64,000 nucleotides of DNA from Candidatus Latescibacterota bacterium (GCA_965204725.1 OZ242005.1:5152001-5216000), one strand, 5' to 3'; positions 48,082 to 58,812 are shown, numbered from the stretch's first letter. Notes: generated from the letters alone by a model not told the origin. Made by a program: numbers and translations.

Positions 48082-49569
48082 TTAGAACCGCTCCAACTGG
48101 GGAAACTTTTCCTCGCCTCGATGGACGTGCATGGCCCCGCCCTCAGCGCACCGCCGCAAGGTGGGAAACACCTTGCCCGGATTCAATACCTGCTGCGGGT
48201 CAAACTCGGCCTTGATCCGCTCTTGGGCGTCCAAATCCGCGTCCTTGAACATGCACGGCATTAAGTCGCGCTTCTCAATGCCAATCCCGTGCTCCCCGCT
48301 CAACACGCCGCCCACCTCGACGCAGAGCTTCAAGATCTCGGCCCCCAACGACTCGGCCTTCTCCAGATCGCCCTCGACGTTGCTGTCGTACAGCACGAGC
48401 GGATGCAGGTTGCCATCGCCGGCGTGGAAAACGTTGGCCACCCGCAGGCCATAAACGGCCGATAGCTCGCCGATTCGCTGGAGCACCTGCGGCAGCGCAC
48501 CCCGGGGGATGGTTCCGTCCATGCAGTAGTAGTCGGGACTAATCCTGCCCATGGCCGGAAAGGCTGCTTTGCGGCCGGCCCACAGCTTTTGCCGCTCGGC
48601 CTCGGTGGTGGCGCGGGAAAGCGCGGTCGCGCCGGTCTGCTGCAAGAGCGATTCCAGCACCTCGCTGTGGCACTCGACCTCGCTTTGCGGCCCATCCAAT
48701 TCGACCAGCAACAGGGCTGCAACGCCGAGCGGATAGCCGGCGCCGACAAACCCCTCAACCGCTTCAACAGAGAGCTGATCCATGATTTCCATGCCGGCCG
48801 GGACCATGCCGGCCGCGATGATCTCGGCCACGGCTTGCCCGGCCGCGGCGACCGAATCGTACACGGCCATCACGGCCTGCGCCATTTCTGGCTTGGGCAA
48901 GATCCGCAGGGTGGCCTCCGTGGTAATAGCCAACAGCCCTTCCGAACCGGTCAGCAGTCCGAGCAAGTCGTACCCCGCTTGGTCCATGCCCTTGCCGCCG
49001 ACCCGCACGATCTCGCCATCGGCCAACACCACCTCTAGGCCGAGGAGGTTGTTGGTCGTCGTGCCGTACTTGAGGCAGTGTACTCCGCCTGAGTTCTCGG
49101 CGATGTTGCCGCCGATTGAGCAGGCGATTTGGCTCGACGGGTCGGGCGCGTAGTAGAAGCCGCTTTGCTCTACCGCTTGGGTCACGCTTAGGTTGGTCGC
49201 GCCCGGCTGCACGGTTACTGTGCGGTTTGCCAAGTCAATGTCGAGCACCGCTCGCATCCGCGCCGTGCTCAACACCACCCCGTCTTCCCTCGGCAGAGCA
49301 CCCCCCGAAAGCCCGGTGCCAGCGCCCCAAGGGACAATGGGAATGTCGAGTTGGGAACACGCCCGGAGGACAGCTGCGACCTGCGCGGTGCTATCCGGTA
49401 AGGCGACCAGCATGGGCCGCTGGCGATACGCCGACAGGCCGTCGCACTCGTATGCTATTACGTCCTCGCGGCGGTGAATGAGTTGATCGGGGCGCAAGTG
49501 CGTGCGCAGGGAGCCGACGAGGGCTTCGCGCCGCTCGAAGCGGGTGGGGTCGGATGTGGGAAGGTTCAT
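48082..49569 (-). CDS. glcD: FAD-linked oxidase, glycolate oxidase subunit GlcD-like
   Basis: GAGTGLSGG, APDPSSQIACSIGGN, GSEGLL, FHAGDGNLHP, GEHGIG, LNPGK. Confidence 0.88.
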   Translation of the reverse strand: MNLPTSDPTRFERREALVGSLRTHLRPDQLIHRREDVIAYECDGLSAYRQRPMLVALPDSTAQVAAVLRACSQLDIPIVPWGAGTGLSGGALPREDGVVLSTARMRAVLDIDLANRTVTVQPGATNLSVTQAVEQSGFYYAPDPSSQIACSIGGNIAENSGGVHCLKYGTTTNNLLGLEVVLADGEIVRVGGKGMDQAGYDLLGLLTGSEGLLAITTEATLRILPKPEMAQAVMAVYDSVAAAGQAVAEIIAAGMVPAGMEIMDQLSVEAVEGFVGAGYPLGVAALLLVELDGPQSEVECHSEVLESLLQQTGATALSRATTEAERQKLWAGRKAAFPAMGRISPDYYCMDGTIPRGALPQVLQRIGELSAVYGLRVANVFHAGDGNLHPLVLYDSNVEGDLEKAESLGAEILKLCVEVGGVLSGEHGIGIEKRDLMPCMFKDADLDAQERIKAEFDPQQVLNPGKVFPTLRRCAEGGAMHVHRGEEKFPQLERF

Positions 49570-50573
49570 TCGTAGCCGAGGTCCTTGGCGTAGGCAAAAA
49601 GTGCGGGGGTGCCGCCGGTGTGAAGGAAGATAAGGCTCTGCTCGGGACGCCACCAACCGGCGCGCACGTGTGCCAAAAGCCCGGCCATGGCCTTGCTGGT
49701 GTAGGACGGATCGAGCAACAGCCCTTCCTGCTGCGCGACTAAGTGCAGGGCTTGGCGGCTCTCGGCGGTTACGACGCCGTAGGCCGGGCCGACAAACGCG
49801 GCGTAACTTTCAAAATCCTCCGCCTTGAGCGAAAGGTCTAGCCCCAAGACTTGGGCGCACTCCCGCCCCAGCGCGAGATGCTCCCGTGCCGCCTGCTGAT
49901 CGTCGCGCGGCGAGGGACTGATGCCCACCACCCGCAGGTCGATGCCCAGCGCCTTGAACGCGACCACCAGCCCCACGTGAGTATGCGCCCCGGAGCACAG
50001 GTAGATCGCGGCCGGCTCAACGCCCTGTTCTTCGCATTGATCCAAGAGCTCCAACGCCCCATCGACGTACGCGACACTGCGGAAGATGCGCGCGTCCGAG
50101 CTGGTGTGGAAGGGGCGATGGCCGGCCGCAGTCAGCGCGGCCAGTTTCGCGGCTACGGCCCGCGCCTGCTCCTCGGGCGCGGGCAGTTCCACGTCTGCGC
50201 CAAAGAGGTGGGTCAACAGCAGGTTCCCCTGCGGCTGGGCGTGGGCGTCGTCGCGGCCGACGATCACCGCAGACAGCCCCAGTTTTGCGGCCACAGCGGC
50301 CGTCTGCCGCGATTGATTCGACTGGGCCGCGGCCGAGTGTACCAACACGTCGCAACCCCGCTCTACGGCTTGGGCGATCTGGTATTCAAACTCGCGGATC
50401 TTGTTGCCGCCAAAGGCCAAGCCGGTCAAATCGTCGCGCTTGACCCAAAGCTGCGGGCCGGCTAGGTGGGCGCTGAGACGCTTTAACTCCTCCAAGGGCG
50501 TGGGCAAGGCCGCTAGCGACAACCGCGGCAAGGCCGCCAACCGTTCTCTTAGTTCCTCGCGGCTAATAGCCAT
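49566..50573 (-). CDS. D-cysteine desulfhydrase / ACC deaminase family PLP enzyme
   Basis: LWVKRDDLTGLAFGGNK, QSN, LDPSYTSKA, FLHTGG. Confidence 0.88.
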   Translation of the reverse strand: MAISREELRERLAALPRLSLAALPTPLEELKRLSAHLAGPQLWVKRDDLTGLAFGGNKIREFEYQIAQAVERGCDVLVHSAAAQSNQSRQTAAVAAKLGLSAVIVGRDDAHAQPQGNLLLTHLFGADVELPAPEEQARAVAAKLAALTAAGHRPFHTSSDARIFRSVAYVDGALELLDQCEEQGVEPAAIYLCSGAHTHVGLVVAFKALGIDLRVVGISPSPRDDQQAAREHLALGRECAQVLGLDLSLKAEDFESYAAFVGPAYGVVTAESRQALHLVAQQEGLLLDPSYTSKAMAGLLAHVRAGWWRPEQSLIFLHTGGTPALFAYAKDLGYE

Positions 50574-50770
50574 AGTTTTCCTCTCTTTTTTGCTTTCAAT
50601 ACAACCATTAAACAATCACCGGGCAAACGCATTGTGGTCCATTCGCTTGGGCCGCACTGAGTTTGCCCTTTTGCCAAAAACGCTTAACTTTTAGATAGAC
50701 TTCCCGCCTACCTCGGAGCCTCACTCCTCCCCAATACAAATCGCAGCTTAAACAATAGGATAGGGCCGTT

Positions 50771-53062
50771 TTGGACCTAGTCGAACCTATACCCGAACGC
50801 CTATTGCCGCATATCCGCGACGAATTGCAACCCGGCGAGCTGCTCATCGTCCTCCTCTCCGCCGACATTCGCTCGGACGGCCAGTACGGCGACTCTTGGT
50901 TTGCGCTCACCGACGAGCGGATACTCGTCTTTCATCCCAATGGGGCCGATAAGCCCGAGACCGTGCGGCTCGGGTTGGACGAAGTGCAGGGCATCCAGAC
51001 CCGCAATTTTGTGGGCAGCGGCGCGCTCGTCGTCGAGCTGGCGGACGAAACCGTCGAGCTGCTGCGCTTTTCGCAGAGTGCGTACTACAAATTTTCCGGC
51101 GTGCCCCAAGCCATTGAGGGGGCTGGCCTAGTCGAGGAAGAAGACGCCGAAGGGGACGGGCCGCTACACGTCGATCCGGTCAAAGTAGTAGAACACTGCC
51201 CCACCTGTGGACGCGCCCACCGCTCCGGCTCCAAAGTCTGCCCCAACTGCCTGCGCCAGACCGAGACCTTCTGGCGGTTGTTTTCCTATATCAAGCCCTA
51301 TAAAACCCAAGCCCTGCTCGGGTTCACATTGACGATTCTGCTGACGGCCATTGGCCTGCTGCCGCCCCAACTCAACCGCATCCTCATCGACGATGTCATC
51401 GTCCCGGAGCTCGTCAAATACGAGGCCGCAGGCATCGCCGCGGGCGAGGCGACCACGCCCCCAGCCGCGAGCGTCCAATACCTGCTGTGGGTCGTGCTCG
51501 GGCTGCTCGGTATCTACATTGGCCGCGGCATTATCAGCGGCGTGCGGATGTACGCCCTAGGATGGCTCGGCCAGCGCGTGGTGTACGATTTGCAGATGCA
51601 AATTTTCCAACACTTGCAGTTGCTGTCGCTGACGTTTTACAACAAGCTCAGCACCGGTCGGATCATGACCCGCGTCACCAGCGACACCGAGCGCATGCGG
51701 AGCTTTATCACCTCGGGGTTCCAAGACATCGTCATCGACGGGCTGACGATCATCGGCATCTGCACGATGCTGTTTGTAATGAATTGGGAATTGGCGCTTT
51801 TGTCGCTGCTCCCAATCCCCTTCATGATCATCGGCACCATCATCTACCGCACCCGCATCCACTGGATTTTTCACCGGATCTGGCGGCGCATTTCCACGCT
51901 CAACGCCATGCTCGCCGACTCCATCCCCGGCGTCAAGGTCGTCAAGGCATTTGCCCAAGAAAACCGCGAGCTCGACCGCTTCAACGAGCGCAATACCGAC
52001 CTGCGCGAGTCGCAGATGACCGCCTTCAGGATGCGCTCCTATTACATTCCGACGATCGCCTTTGTCACCTCGGTCGGCTCCATCATCCTGTGGTGGTTTG
52101 GCGGCAACCGAGTGCTCGGCAACGCGCTGACCTTGGGCGACTTGCAGGCTTTTATCTCGTACATGGTCATGTTCTACGCCCCCGTGCGCTCGCTGTGCAA
52201 CCTCACCGAGCAGCTAGAGGCCGCGGCGACTACGGCCGAGCGCGTCTTTGAGATTATCGACACCGAGCCCGAAGTCCAAGACGACCCGGACGCCGTGGAC
52301 CCCGGCCCGCTTACCGGCGAGGTCGAGTTCCGCAACGTCAGCTTCACGTACGACGGCTCGGCTCGGATCCTCGATCGCATCCACTTTAGGGCCAAGCCCG
52401 GCGAGATGATCGGCATCGTCGGCCCCAGCGGCGCCGGCAAGTCAACCTTGGTCAACCTCATTTCGCGGTTCTACGACGCTACGGACGGCCAACTCCGCAT
52501 TGACGGCTACCCCATTACCCGGCTCAAACAGCAGGCGTTGCGCAGCCAAATCGGCGTGGTCTTGCAAGAGCCTCTGCTCTTCCAAGGCTCCATCGCCAGC
52601 AATATCGCCTACGGTCATCCCGAGGCAACGCGCCAAGAGGTCATTGAGGCGGCCCGCGCGGCCAACGCCCACAAGTTCATCATGAATTTTCCCGACGGCT
52701 ACGACACCCAAGTTGGCGAGCGCGGCGGCCGGCTCTCCGGCGGCGAGCGCCAGCGCATTTCCATTGCCCGCGCCCTAATCGGCAACCCGCGCATCCTGAT
52801 TCTCGACGAGGCCACCGCCTCGGTCGATACCCAGACCGAATACGAGATCCAAGAAGCGCTCGAGCGGCTGGTGGCCGGCCGCACCACCTTTGCCATCGCC
52901 CATCGGCTCTCGACGCTCAAAAACGCCGATCGACTGCTGGTGTTGGAAAGAGGGCGCATCGCCGAGGTGGGCACCCACGAAGAGTTGCTCAACATGGAGG
53001 ACGGCGTCTATCGCCGGCTGGTCAATATGCAAACCGAAATGGCGAAGGTACGGGCGCTATGA
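50771..53062 (+). CDS. ABC exporter (TMD+NBD) with N-terminal extension and C4 zinc ribbon
   Basis: CPTC..CPNC; GPSGAGKST, LSGGERQR, ILDEAT, IAHRLST; TTG start. Confidence 0.92.
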   Translation: MDLVEPIPERLLPHIRDELQPGELLIVLLSADIRSDGQYGDSWFALTDERILVFHPNGADKPETVRLGLDEVQGIQTRNFVGSGALVVELADETVELLRFSQSAYYKFSGVPQAIEGAGLVEEEDAEGDGPLHVDPVKVVEHCPTCGRAHRSGSKVCPNCLRQTETFWRLFSYIKPYKTQALLGFTLTILLTAIGLLPPQLNRILIDDVIVPELVKYEAAGIAAGEATTPPAASVQYLLWVVLGLLGIYIGRGIISGVRMYALGWLGQRVVYDLQMQIFQHLQLLSLTFYNKLSTGRIMTRVTSDTERMRSFITSGFQDIVIDGLTIIGICTMLFVMNWELALLSLLPIPFMIIGTIIYRTRIHWIFHRIWRRISTLNAMLADSIPGVKVVKAFAQENRELDRFNERNTDLRESQMTAFRMRSYYIPTIAFVTSVGSIILWWFGGNRVLGNALTLGDLQAFISYMVMFYAPVRSLCNLTEQLEAAATTAERVFEIIDTEPEVQDDPDAVDPGPLTGEVEFRNVSFTYDGSARILDRIHFRAKPGEMIGIVGPSGAGKSTLVNLISRFYDATDGQLRIDGYPITRLKQQALRSQIGVVLQEPLLFQGSIASNIAYGHPEATRQEVIEAARAANAHKFIMNFPDGYDTQVGERGGRLSGGERQRISIARALIGNPRILILDEATASVDTQTEYEIQEALERLVAGRTTFAIAHRLSTLKNADRLLVLERGRIAEVGTHEELLNMEDGVYRRLVNMQTEMAKVRAL

Positions 53063-53562
53063 GCGAGACACGCGGTTATTCGTACGGGGACTTTCTGCTC
53101 GACCCGCAAAAGACGCGCTTCAGCCGGTCCAAGCGCGGCAGCTTGATTCTCCATCTCGACGACGAGGAATACACCGACCTCAAGGTCCGCCGCGCCTTCC
53201 CATTAGAAGAGTCCGACCGCTATATCGGCGTCTTTGCCGCCGAAGACCGCGAACTCGGCCTCATTGAAGACCCGCAGCAGCTCGACGACCAAAGCCGCCA
53301 AGTGCTGCTAGACGAACTCGACAAGGTGTACTTTCAGCCGCAGGTCCTTGCTTTTAATCGCCTCGACGAAGAGTTCGGCGTGTTGCGCGGCCAGATCGAA
53401 ACCACCAGCGGCCCCCGCCAACTCGAAATCCGCAGCTACCGCACCAACGTCCGCATGCTCTCCGGCAACCGAGCCGTCATCGAGGACGTCGATGGCAACC
53501 GCTACTTGATTGCCAACTGGCGAGCGCTGCCGCAAAAGACGCGCGAGATTCTGGGGCTTTAA
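53059..53562 (+). CDS. DUF1854 domain protein
   Basis: VRRAFPL, ELDKVYFQP, IEDVDGNRYLI; ATGA coupling to the ABC gene. Confidence 0.8.
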   Translation: MSETRGYSYGDFLLDPQKTRFSRSKRGSLILHLDDEEYTDLKVRRAFPLEESDRYIGVFAAEDRELGLIEDPQQLDDQSRQVLLDELDKVYFQPQVLAFNRLDEEFGVLRGQIETTSGPRQLEIRSYRTNVRMLSGNRAVIEDVDGNRYLIANWRALPQKTREILGL

Positions 53563-53599
53563 CGAGCTTCGATACTTTCCAATCAGAAGGCAGCGAAAG

Positions 53600-53699
53600 A
53601 ATCAGCACTAGAATATGGGTCCAGCTCAATTGTCGTATCAGCGATACGACAATCTCAGGATCGGGAAAAACCTCAGCGAACTGAATCATACGGCGTAGG
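53600..53699 (-). pseudogene. DUF1016/YhcG 3' fragment
   Basis: LRRMIQFAEVFPDPEIVVSLIRQLSWTH, the in-frame continuation of the fragment at 59946-60212. Confidence 0.85.
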
Positions 53700-53965
53700 C
53701 TAAGTACGCGACAGTAAGATGGGGTTCATATTGTTGGGCGTAATCCGGTCGATACGGTGGCGCGTAAGGCAGGTTGCCCTTTGCGTGAGGGCTTTTTTGG
53801 GCATATTTTGGTATTTATGAATAAGCAAGGACGAACAGGAAGATGGTAAATCACTCAACATCTGAGATGACGCTGCCGCCGGTCCAGCCGGCCGCGATGA
53901 CCAGATCCTGCTTCCAATTTCAAGACTTAACAATTCGTCGTAACTCCTTGAAAGACAATCAGTTA

Positions 53966-53991
53966 CCCCCCCCCCCCCCCCCCCCCCCCCC
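53966..53991 (+). repeat. C26 homopolymer tract upstream of the surface-protein gene
   Basis: 26 consecutive C residues, ~195 nt before ATG 54186. Confidence 0.85.
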
Positions 53992-54185
53992 GCATTTTCA
54001 GCTATTAACCACAGTTAGCCACAGTCTCTTTACGTTCCATCGAGGGCCGGATGATCGCTGCGCTGAGGCGCGGTGCTCTATTCGCGCCGGGTTGGTAGTG
54101 GTCTGTACGGCTCTATTTTTGCGGCACCGGCTTAATCAAGGTTGCCAAATCCCAATTTCAAAACGCTTCTAAGAAAGGTTGAATA

Positions 54186-57100
54186 ATGACGCCTATAAAG
54201 TCTCTTATGAGGCCCTACTCCTCCGGCTTTTGGTTACTGGCTGTTAGCTTGGCACTGGTTTGGGCTGGCTCGGCGGCAGCGGACATTACCCTGTCCGTCG
54301 ATAAACCTACCATTCGAGAAGAAGACGGACGAACCGAAATTACCGTAACCGCCGAAAGCGACGCGAAAGTAACCGCAAATACCGTCGTGTCCCTGAAACT
54401 GGGGGCCAAGTTTTTCAGCGGTAACGCATCGCGTCTCCTCCCCAACGGAGTAGGGAATGTCAGCCCCGGCCATACTGTAGATGAACATGGTCGTTTTGTG
54501 GCTTATGGGCAGCCTTGGTGGGCCTTTAGTAGTCCGGCCCGTAATACAGGTGCTCTCCAGGTGTCTCCGACTAAGCCGGGGGGGGATTGGAAAGACTGGC
54601 TCAATAGTCGCGCCCATGTCAATGGCCGCTTCGCCATCACGCTGCCGACGTTAGTGATTCCTAAGGACCAGAAAAAGGCGACCGGCACCATTATCCTCAC
54701 GCCGAGGGATAACGACGAGCGCGGTTTTTATAATACCTATGATGACTTCACCATTCCTTTTGAGCTTGACTATCCCAACGTCAGCTATTCCGACATTCAG
54801 GCCGCTGGATCCCCTAACCTCTTGGCAGAATTTCAAGCCCGCAACGCCCCACCCCACCGCTATCCCGATCTGATTATCAAAATTGACGGCCTTGCCGGTA
54901 GCGAGACGGTTGAGCAGACGGAGATTCGCGTAACGGACGACGAAAAGCTAGCCAATCAGGTAAACCTTTCGTTTTCGCCCGCGAGTCTCAGCAAGGACGC
55001 AGGGCCGACTCCTGTTACCGTGACCGCGACCTTAAACGGCGGTACGCTGCGGTCGGACCAAACCTTTACTTTGTCCTTTAAGACAGGCTCGGAGGTCGAT
55101 CTTGGCTGCGTCGATAGAGGAAACTGCGCTCGCGCTGCTTTCCCGTTGGGTTTTACCGCGGACAGTATCCTGACGCGCGACACGGATTACTCGACGACGT
55201 CCGCATCGCTAACCATACGCCGGAATAAGCCGTCGGGGAAGGCGACGATTACCATCGATCCCAAAGGCAAGGTTGGCTACATCGCGCTCGCGGCGGGGAC
55301 GGAGCGGCTGGTCGTCAACGGCATTGACTTGAACCTCGATGGGGACATGAGCGACTCGCTGGCTCTTAGTAAAATGGATCGTTATCAGGATAGTTCGACT
55401 CTACGGCCCGACCGCGCCGTTTTCTTTTCAGAAGAAGGTCTAGGCTGTACCCCCACGACCTCCGGCCCCCTCTCTCAACACGATCTCAACTTTGATGGCC
55501 GCTGCGACGGCCTTATTCGGGAAGCGAGAATCGGCGTCGACCTGAACGGTAATGGGGTGGTTGATCCTGCTGCGAACGCTGGTGCTGCCATAAACTTTGG
55601 TAGTTTGATGGATGCTGTTCAACAAAATTTCGGGATTGCTCGTGAGTTTATCCTATTTGGCCAAGTAGTCGCAGGATCAGCCACCCGCCAAGACAACCGC
55701 GACAGCGGAGCCCTGCTGATGGCTGCGGTATATCCTCCAGGCAATCAGCCATCTAGGGTGCCTTGGATCGCTGACCGGGGTCCTCAGTTTAGCACCACTG
55801 TTCCGTGGGGCTCCCCGGCTGCTGACCATCCCGATGAGTGGCCTACGTCGAATCCGAGGTTTGTGTTAGTTGAAAGCTTACTGCCGCAGTATATTGAGTT
55901 GCCCCCCCATTTCTTTAAGATAACGGACACCCCCGTTGTCACCTTCAAAGACGCGACCGACGGCCTGACCGCCACGCCTTCAACGATCCGCGAGGGAGCC
56001 GGTCGGCAAGAAATCGCCCTGAAAGTCACCTTGAAGGCCGCCACATCAGCGGATACGCGGGTGACGTTCACCATCACTCCGCAAGAGGGTCGCCGCGACA
56101 TAGACTACACGGCCGTCTTGAGCGATCTCGTCATTCCCAAAGGCCAGACCTCCGCTTCAACCACGCTGGTTCTCACCCCGGTCGATAACGAGGTGGTGAA
56201 CGACGCACGGACATTCAACGTAGTCGCCACAATCGGCAGCGCGGACGACGCCCCCGAGGTCACCGAGACTATTACCATTGTAGATGACGAGACGCAGAGC
56301 ACACAGATCATGCTGACGGCCAGTCCCGCCGAAGTCAAGGCTGGCACCGGCGCCAACAACGTCACGATCACCGGCACGTTAGACGGCCAATCCTTCGACG
56401 AGGACGTGGACATAGTCTTAGTCGTCACCACCGACACGGACGCCGACGGCGACATGGACGACGCCGACAAAGCCGCCACCCGCGACACCGAATACACGGC
56501 CATCTTGCGCGGCCTGACGATAAAGGCCGGTGAAGTCACAGGCTCGCAGACGATCTCCATCACTCCCCTCGCCGGCGGCGACAAAAAGATCGGCCTAACC
56601 GCCCTAAAAAGCCCGGTCAAGAATGACGACGACGAGGACGTGACAGTCACCACGACCGTCATCACCCTGAAAGACGGCGACCCAGAGACGGGGCCGGGCG
56701 TCCTTGCTTTCGAGGACGACGTAGATGTGGTCTCCACCGTGTTTGAATACGTCGTCGGCACGGCCATTGAGCCTTATGTCCTACCCGCCGCCACCGGCGG
56801 CATTGGCGACAAGACCTACAGCGTGTCCGCCACCCTGCCCGCCGGTCTAGTATTCGACGCAGAAACCCGCACCCTATCGGGCACGCCGCTGACAGCGGGC
56901 GACGCCACCGTCGTGTACACAGTCATCGACAGCGCACCGGACCCAGTCAACACCGCCGTCCTCAGCCTGACCTTTGAGATCGGTACGGCTCCGCCCGCCA
57001 CCGTCCGCGTCGCCAGCGTAACCGCGACCCATTCCTCCATACGCGAAAACGGCGAGACGACCTCCATTCTCCTGACGGCAACGTTGGCCGCTCCCGCCGC

Positions 57101-58589
57101 CAAAGCCGAGACCATCCTCTTCACGATTGCCGCTCCCAGTTCGGGGACGCCAGCCGTGCGCGACGCCGATTACACCGCTGTCCTAGGCGGCTCCGGCGTC
57201 ATCGCGGTGGGCGAGACGCAAGGCCGGACGATGCTGACCTTGACCCCCCTCGACAACGCGGAGGTTGATGGCAATAAGTACTTGGGGGTGGAGGCGTCGG
57301 CCTCGGGCGGCTCGGCACGGACGGACATCAAGATCGCCGATGACGAAACGCCGAGTACGTCTTTGGCACTGTCGGTATCGCCCCACACCCTCAGCGAGGA
57401 CGCGGGCGTAACCCAGCTCACCGTCACGGCCATGCTGGACGGCAAAGCCCTCGACGCGGCTGCAACCGTAACCATCTCCATTGATCCGGCCTCAGCCGCC
57501 ACCCGCGATTTAGATTACTCCGCCCTATTCAACCCCTCACTGGTCATCCCGGCCGGTTCCACCTCCGGTTCCCTCACGTTCCTGATCGACCCGACCGCCG
57601 ACAACGAGGACGAAGGCAACGAGACGATCACGCTCATCGGGGCCTCTGAGGGCCTGACGAGCACCTCCGCCGATATAACGCTAGCCGACGCTGGCACAGA
57701 GACCCCGCTTCCCCCAGAAGCCACCCCTCTCGCCTTCACCGACGGCACGTCCATTGACGACCAAGAGTACACCGCCGGTACGGAGATCAGCGCTATGGAA
57801 CTCCCAGCCGCCGTTGGCGGTGTCGGCGACATCGCCTACAGCGTCACCGACCTGCCCGCGGGCCTGTCCTTCGACGCGGCCACCCGGACCATTTCGGGCA
57901 CACCCGACGCCGCTACCGACGAACCTGTCGAAGTAACCTATACCGCCGCCGACGGCACCGGTGCCTCCGCCACGCTAACCTTCTCCATCACAGTCAACGC
58001 CGAGATAACCTTCGACCTAGTATTCTTCGGCGCCGGCAAGCTCGTCCCAACCGCTTCCGACGACGGTGCTTCCATCCCCGAGTTCGCTGTCGGCCACCCG
58101 GTAGCCGCTTTCACGCTGCCTTCGGCTACCGGCGGCACCGAGCCGCTGACCTACACCCTTTCCCCAGAGCTCCCGTCGGGCCTGTCCTTCGACGCTGCCA
58201 CCCGCACCATTTCCGGCACGCCGCAAGCCGAAGGCTCCCCCCTCTACATCTACACAGTGACGGACGCTCTCGGTGCCAGCGTAACAATGCAGCTCCAAAC
58301 GCGCCCCGCCGCCTTCGTGCTCGCAACCAACTACCCGAACCCGTTTAACCCGGCGACGACGATCCAGTACGCCCTGCCCCAACCGGCCGACGTCCAGTTG
58401 ACTGTCTATAATGTCGTCGGTCAGGTGGTGCGGACGCTGGTCGCCGAGCACCAAGCTGCCGGCCGCTACCTAGTCGCTTGGGACGCGACGAATGACAACG
58501 GCCAAAGCCTGTCGGCGGGGATTTACTTCTATCGCTTGCAGGCGGGCGGCGAGTTCCACGCCGTCAGAAAGATGCTGCTGCTCAAGTAG
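54186..58589 (+). CDS. Large surface protein: Calx-beta-like repeats, putative Ig (He_PIG) repeats, FlgD/T9SS-type C-terminal domain
   Basis: Signal peptide; repeated (L)SVSP..E..TVTATL..ATRD.DY; three LPxGLxFDAxTRTxSGTP repeats; NYPNPFNPATTIQY..GIYFYRL..RKMLLLK. Confidence 0.88.
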   Translation: MTPIKSLMRPYSSGFWLLAVSLALVWAGSAAADITLSVDKPTIREEDGRTEITVTAESDAKVTANTVVSLKLGAKFFSGNASRLLPNGVGNVSPGHTVDEHGRFVAYGQPWWAFSSPARNTGALQVSPTKPGGDWKDWLNSRAHVNGRFAITLPTLVIPKDQKKATGTIILTPRDNDERGFYNTYDDFTIPFELDYPNVSYSDIQAAGSPNLLAEFQARNAPPHRYPDLIIKIDGLAGSETVEQTEIRVTDDEKLANQVNLSFSPASLSKDAGPTPVTVTATLNGGTLRSDQTFTLSFKTGSEVDLGCVDRGNCARAAFPLGFTADSILTRDTDYSTTSASLTIRRNKPSGKATITIDPKGKVGYIALAAGTERLVVNGIDLNLDGDMSDSLALSKMDRYQDSSTLRPDRAVFFSEEGLGCTPTTSGPLSQHDLNFDGRCDGLIREARIGVDLNGNGVVDPAANAGAAINFGSLMDAVQQNFGIAREFILFGQVVAGSATRQDNRDSGALLMAAVYPPGNQPSRVPWIADRGPQFSTTVPWGSPAADHPDEWPTSNPRFVLVESLLPQYIELPPHFFKITDTPVVTFKDATDGLTATPSTIREGAGRQEIALKVTLKAATSADTRVTFTITPQEGRRDIDYTAVLSDLVIPKGQTSASTTLVLTPVDNEVVNDARTFNVVATIGSADDAPEVTETITIVDDETQSTQIMLTASPAEVKAGTGANNVTITGTLDGQSFDEDVDIVLVVTTDTDADGDMDDADKAATRDTEYTAILRGLTIKAGEVTGSQTISITPLAGGDKKIGLTALKSPVKNDDDEDVTVTTTVITLKDGDPETGPGVLAFEDDVDVVSTVFEYVVGTAIEPYVLPAATGGIGDKTYSVSATLPAGLVFDAETRTLSGTPLTAGDATVVYTVIDSAPDPVNTAVLSLTFEIGTAPPATVRVASVTATHSSIRENGETTSILLTATLAAPAAKAETILFTIAAPSSGTPAVRDADYTAVLGGSGVIAVGETQGRTMLTLTPLDNAEVDGNKYLGVEASASGGSARTDIKIADDETPSTSLALSVSPHTLSEDAGVTQLTVTAMLDGKALDAAATVTISIDPASAATRDLDYSALFNPSLVIPAGSTSGSLTFLIDPTADNEDEGNETITLIGASEGLTSTSADITLADAGTETPLPPEATPLAFTDGTSIDDQEYTAGTEISAMELPAAVGGVGDIAYSVTDLPAGLSFDAATRTISGTPDAATDEPVEVTYTAADGTGASATLTFSITVNAEITFDLVFFGAGKLVPTASDDGASIPEFAVGHPVAAFTLPSATGGTEPLTYTLSPELPSGLSFDAATRTISGTPQAEGSPLYIYTVTDALGASVTMQLQTRPAAFVLATNYPNPFNPATTIQYALPQPADVQLTVYNVVGQVVRTLVAEHQAAGRYLVAWDATNDNGQSLSAGIYFYRLQAGGEFHAVRKMLLLK

Positions 58590-58604
58590 CCGGTCGCCGT
58601 CAGC

Positions 58605-58654
58605 AGGAGCCGGTTCCGCCGGCTCCCGTCCTTCCCGCGCACGCGGGAAGGACG
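58605..58654. repeat. Two hairpins after the surface-protein gene (terminator/REP-like)
   Basis: GGAGCCGG-TTCCG-CCGGCTCC and CGTCCTTCCCGCG-CA-CGCGGGAAGGACG. Confidence 0.65.
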
Positions 58655-58812
58655 AATCGAGTTCATACAATGGGGCCTCTCTCAGCCAGAGGCCCCATTT
58701 TTCTTTCTTTTCCAATAGACGTGACGCACCGCCTAGTTTTCCCTTATCTTGCAAGTATGGCCGAACCGCTCTCCGGCCTTCCCCCCGAACCCTCCCACCA
58801 AAGGAGCGAACC

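Noticed and set aside
53843-54172. Poly-proline ORF
   Set aside because: The prolines are only the poly-C tract translated; no other coding signal.
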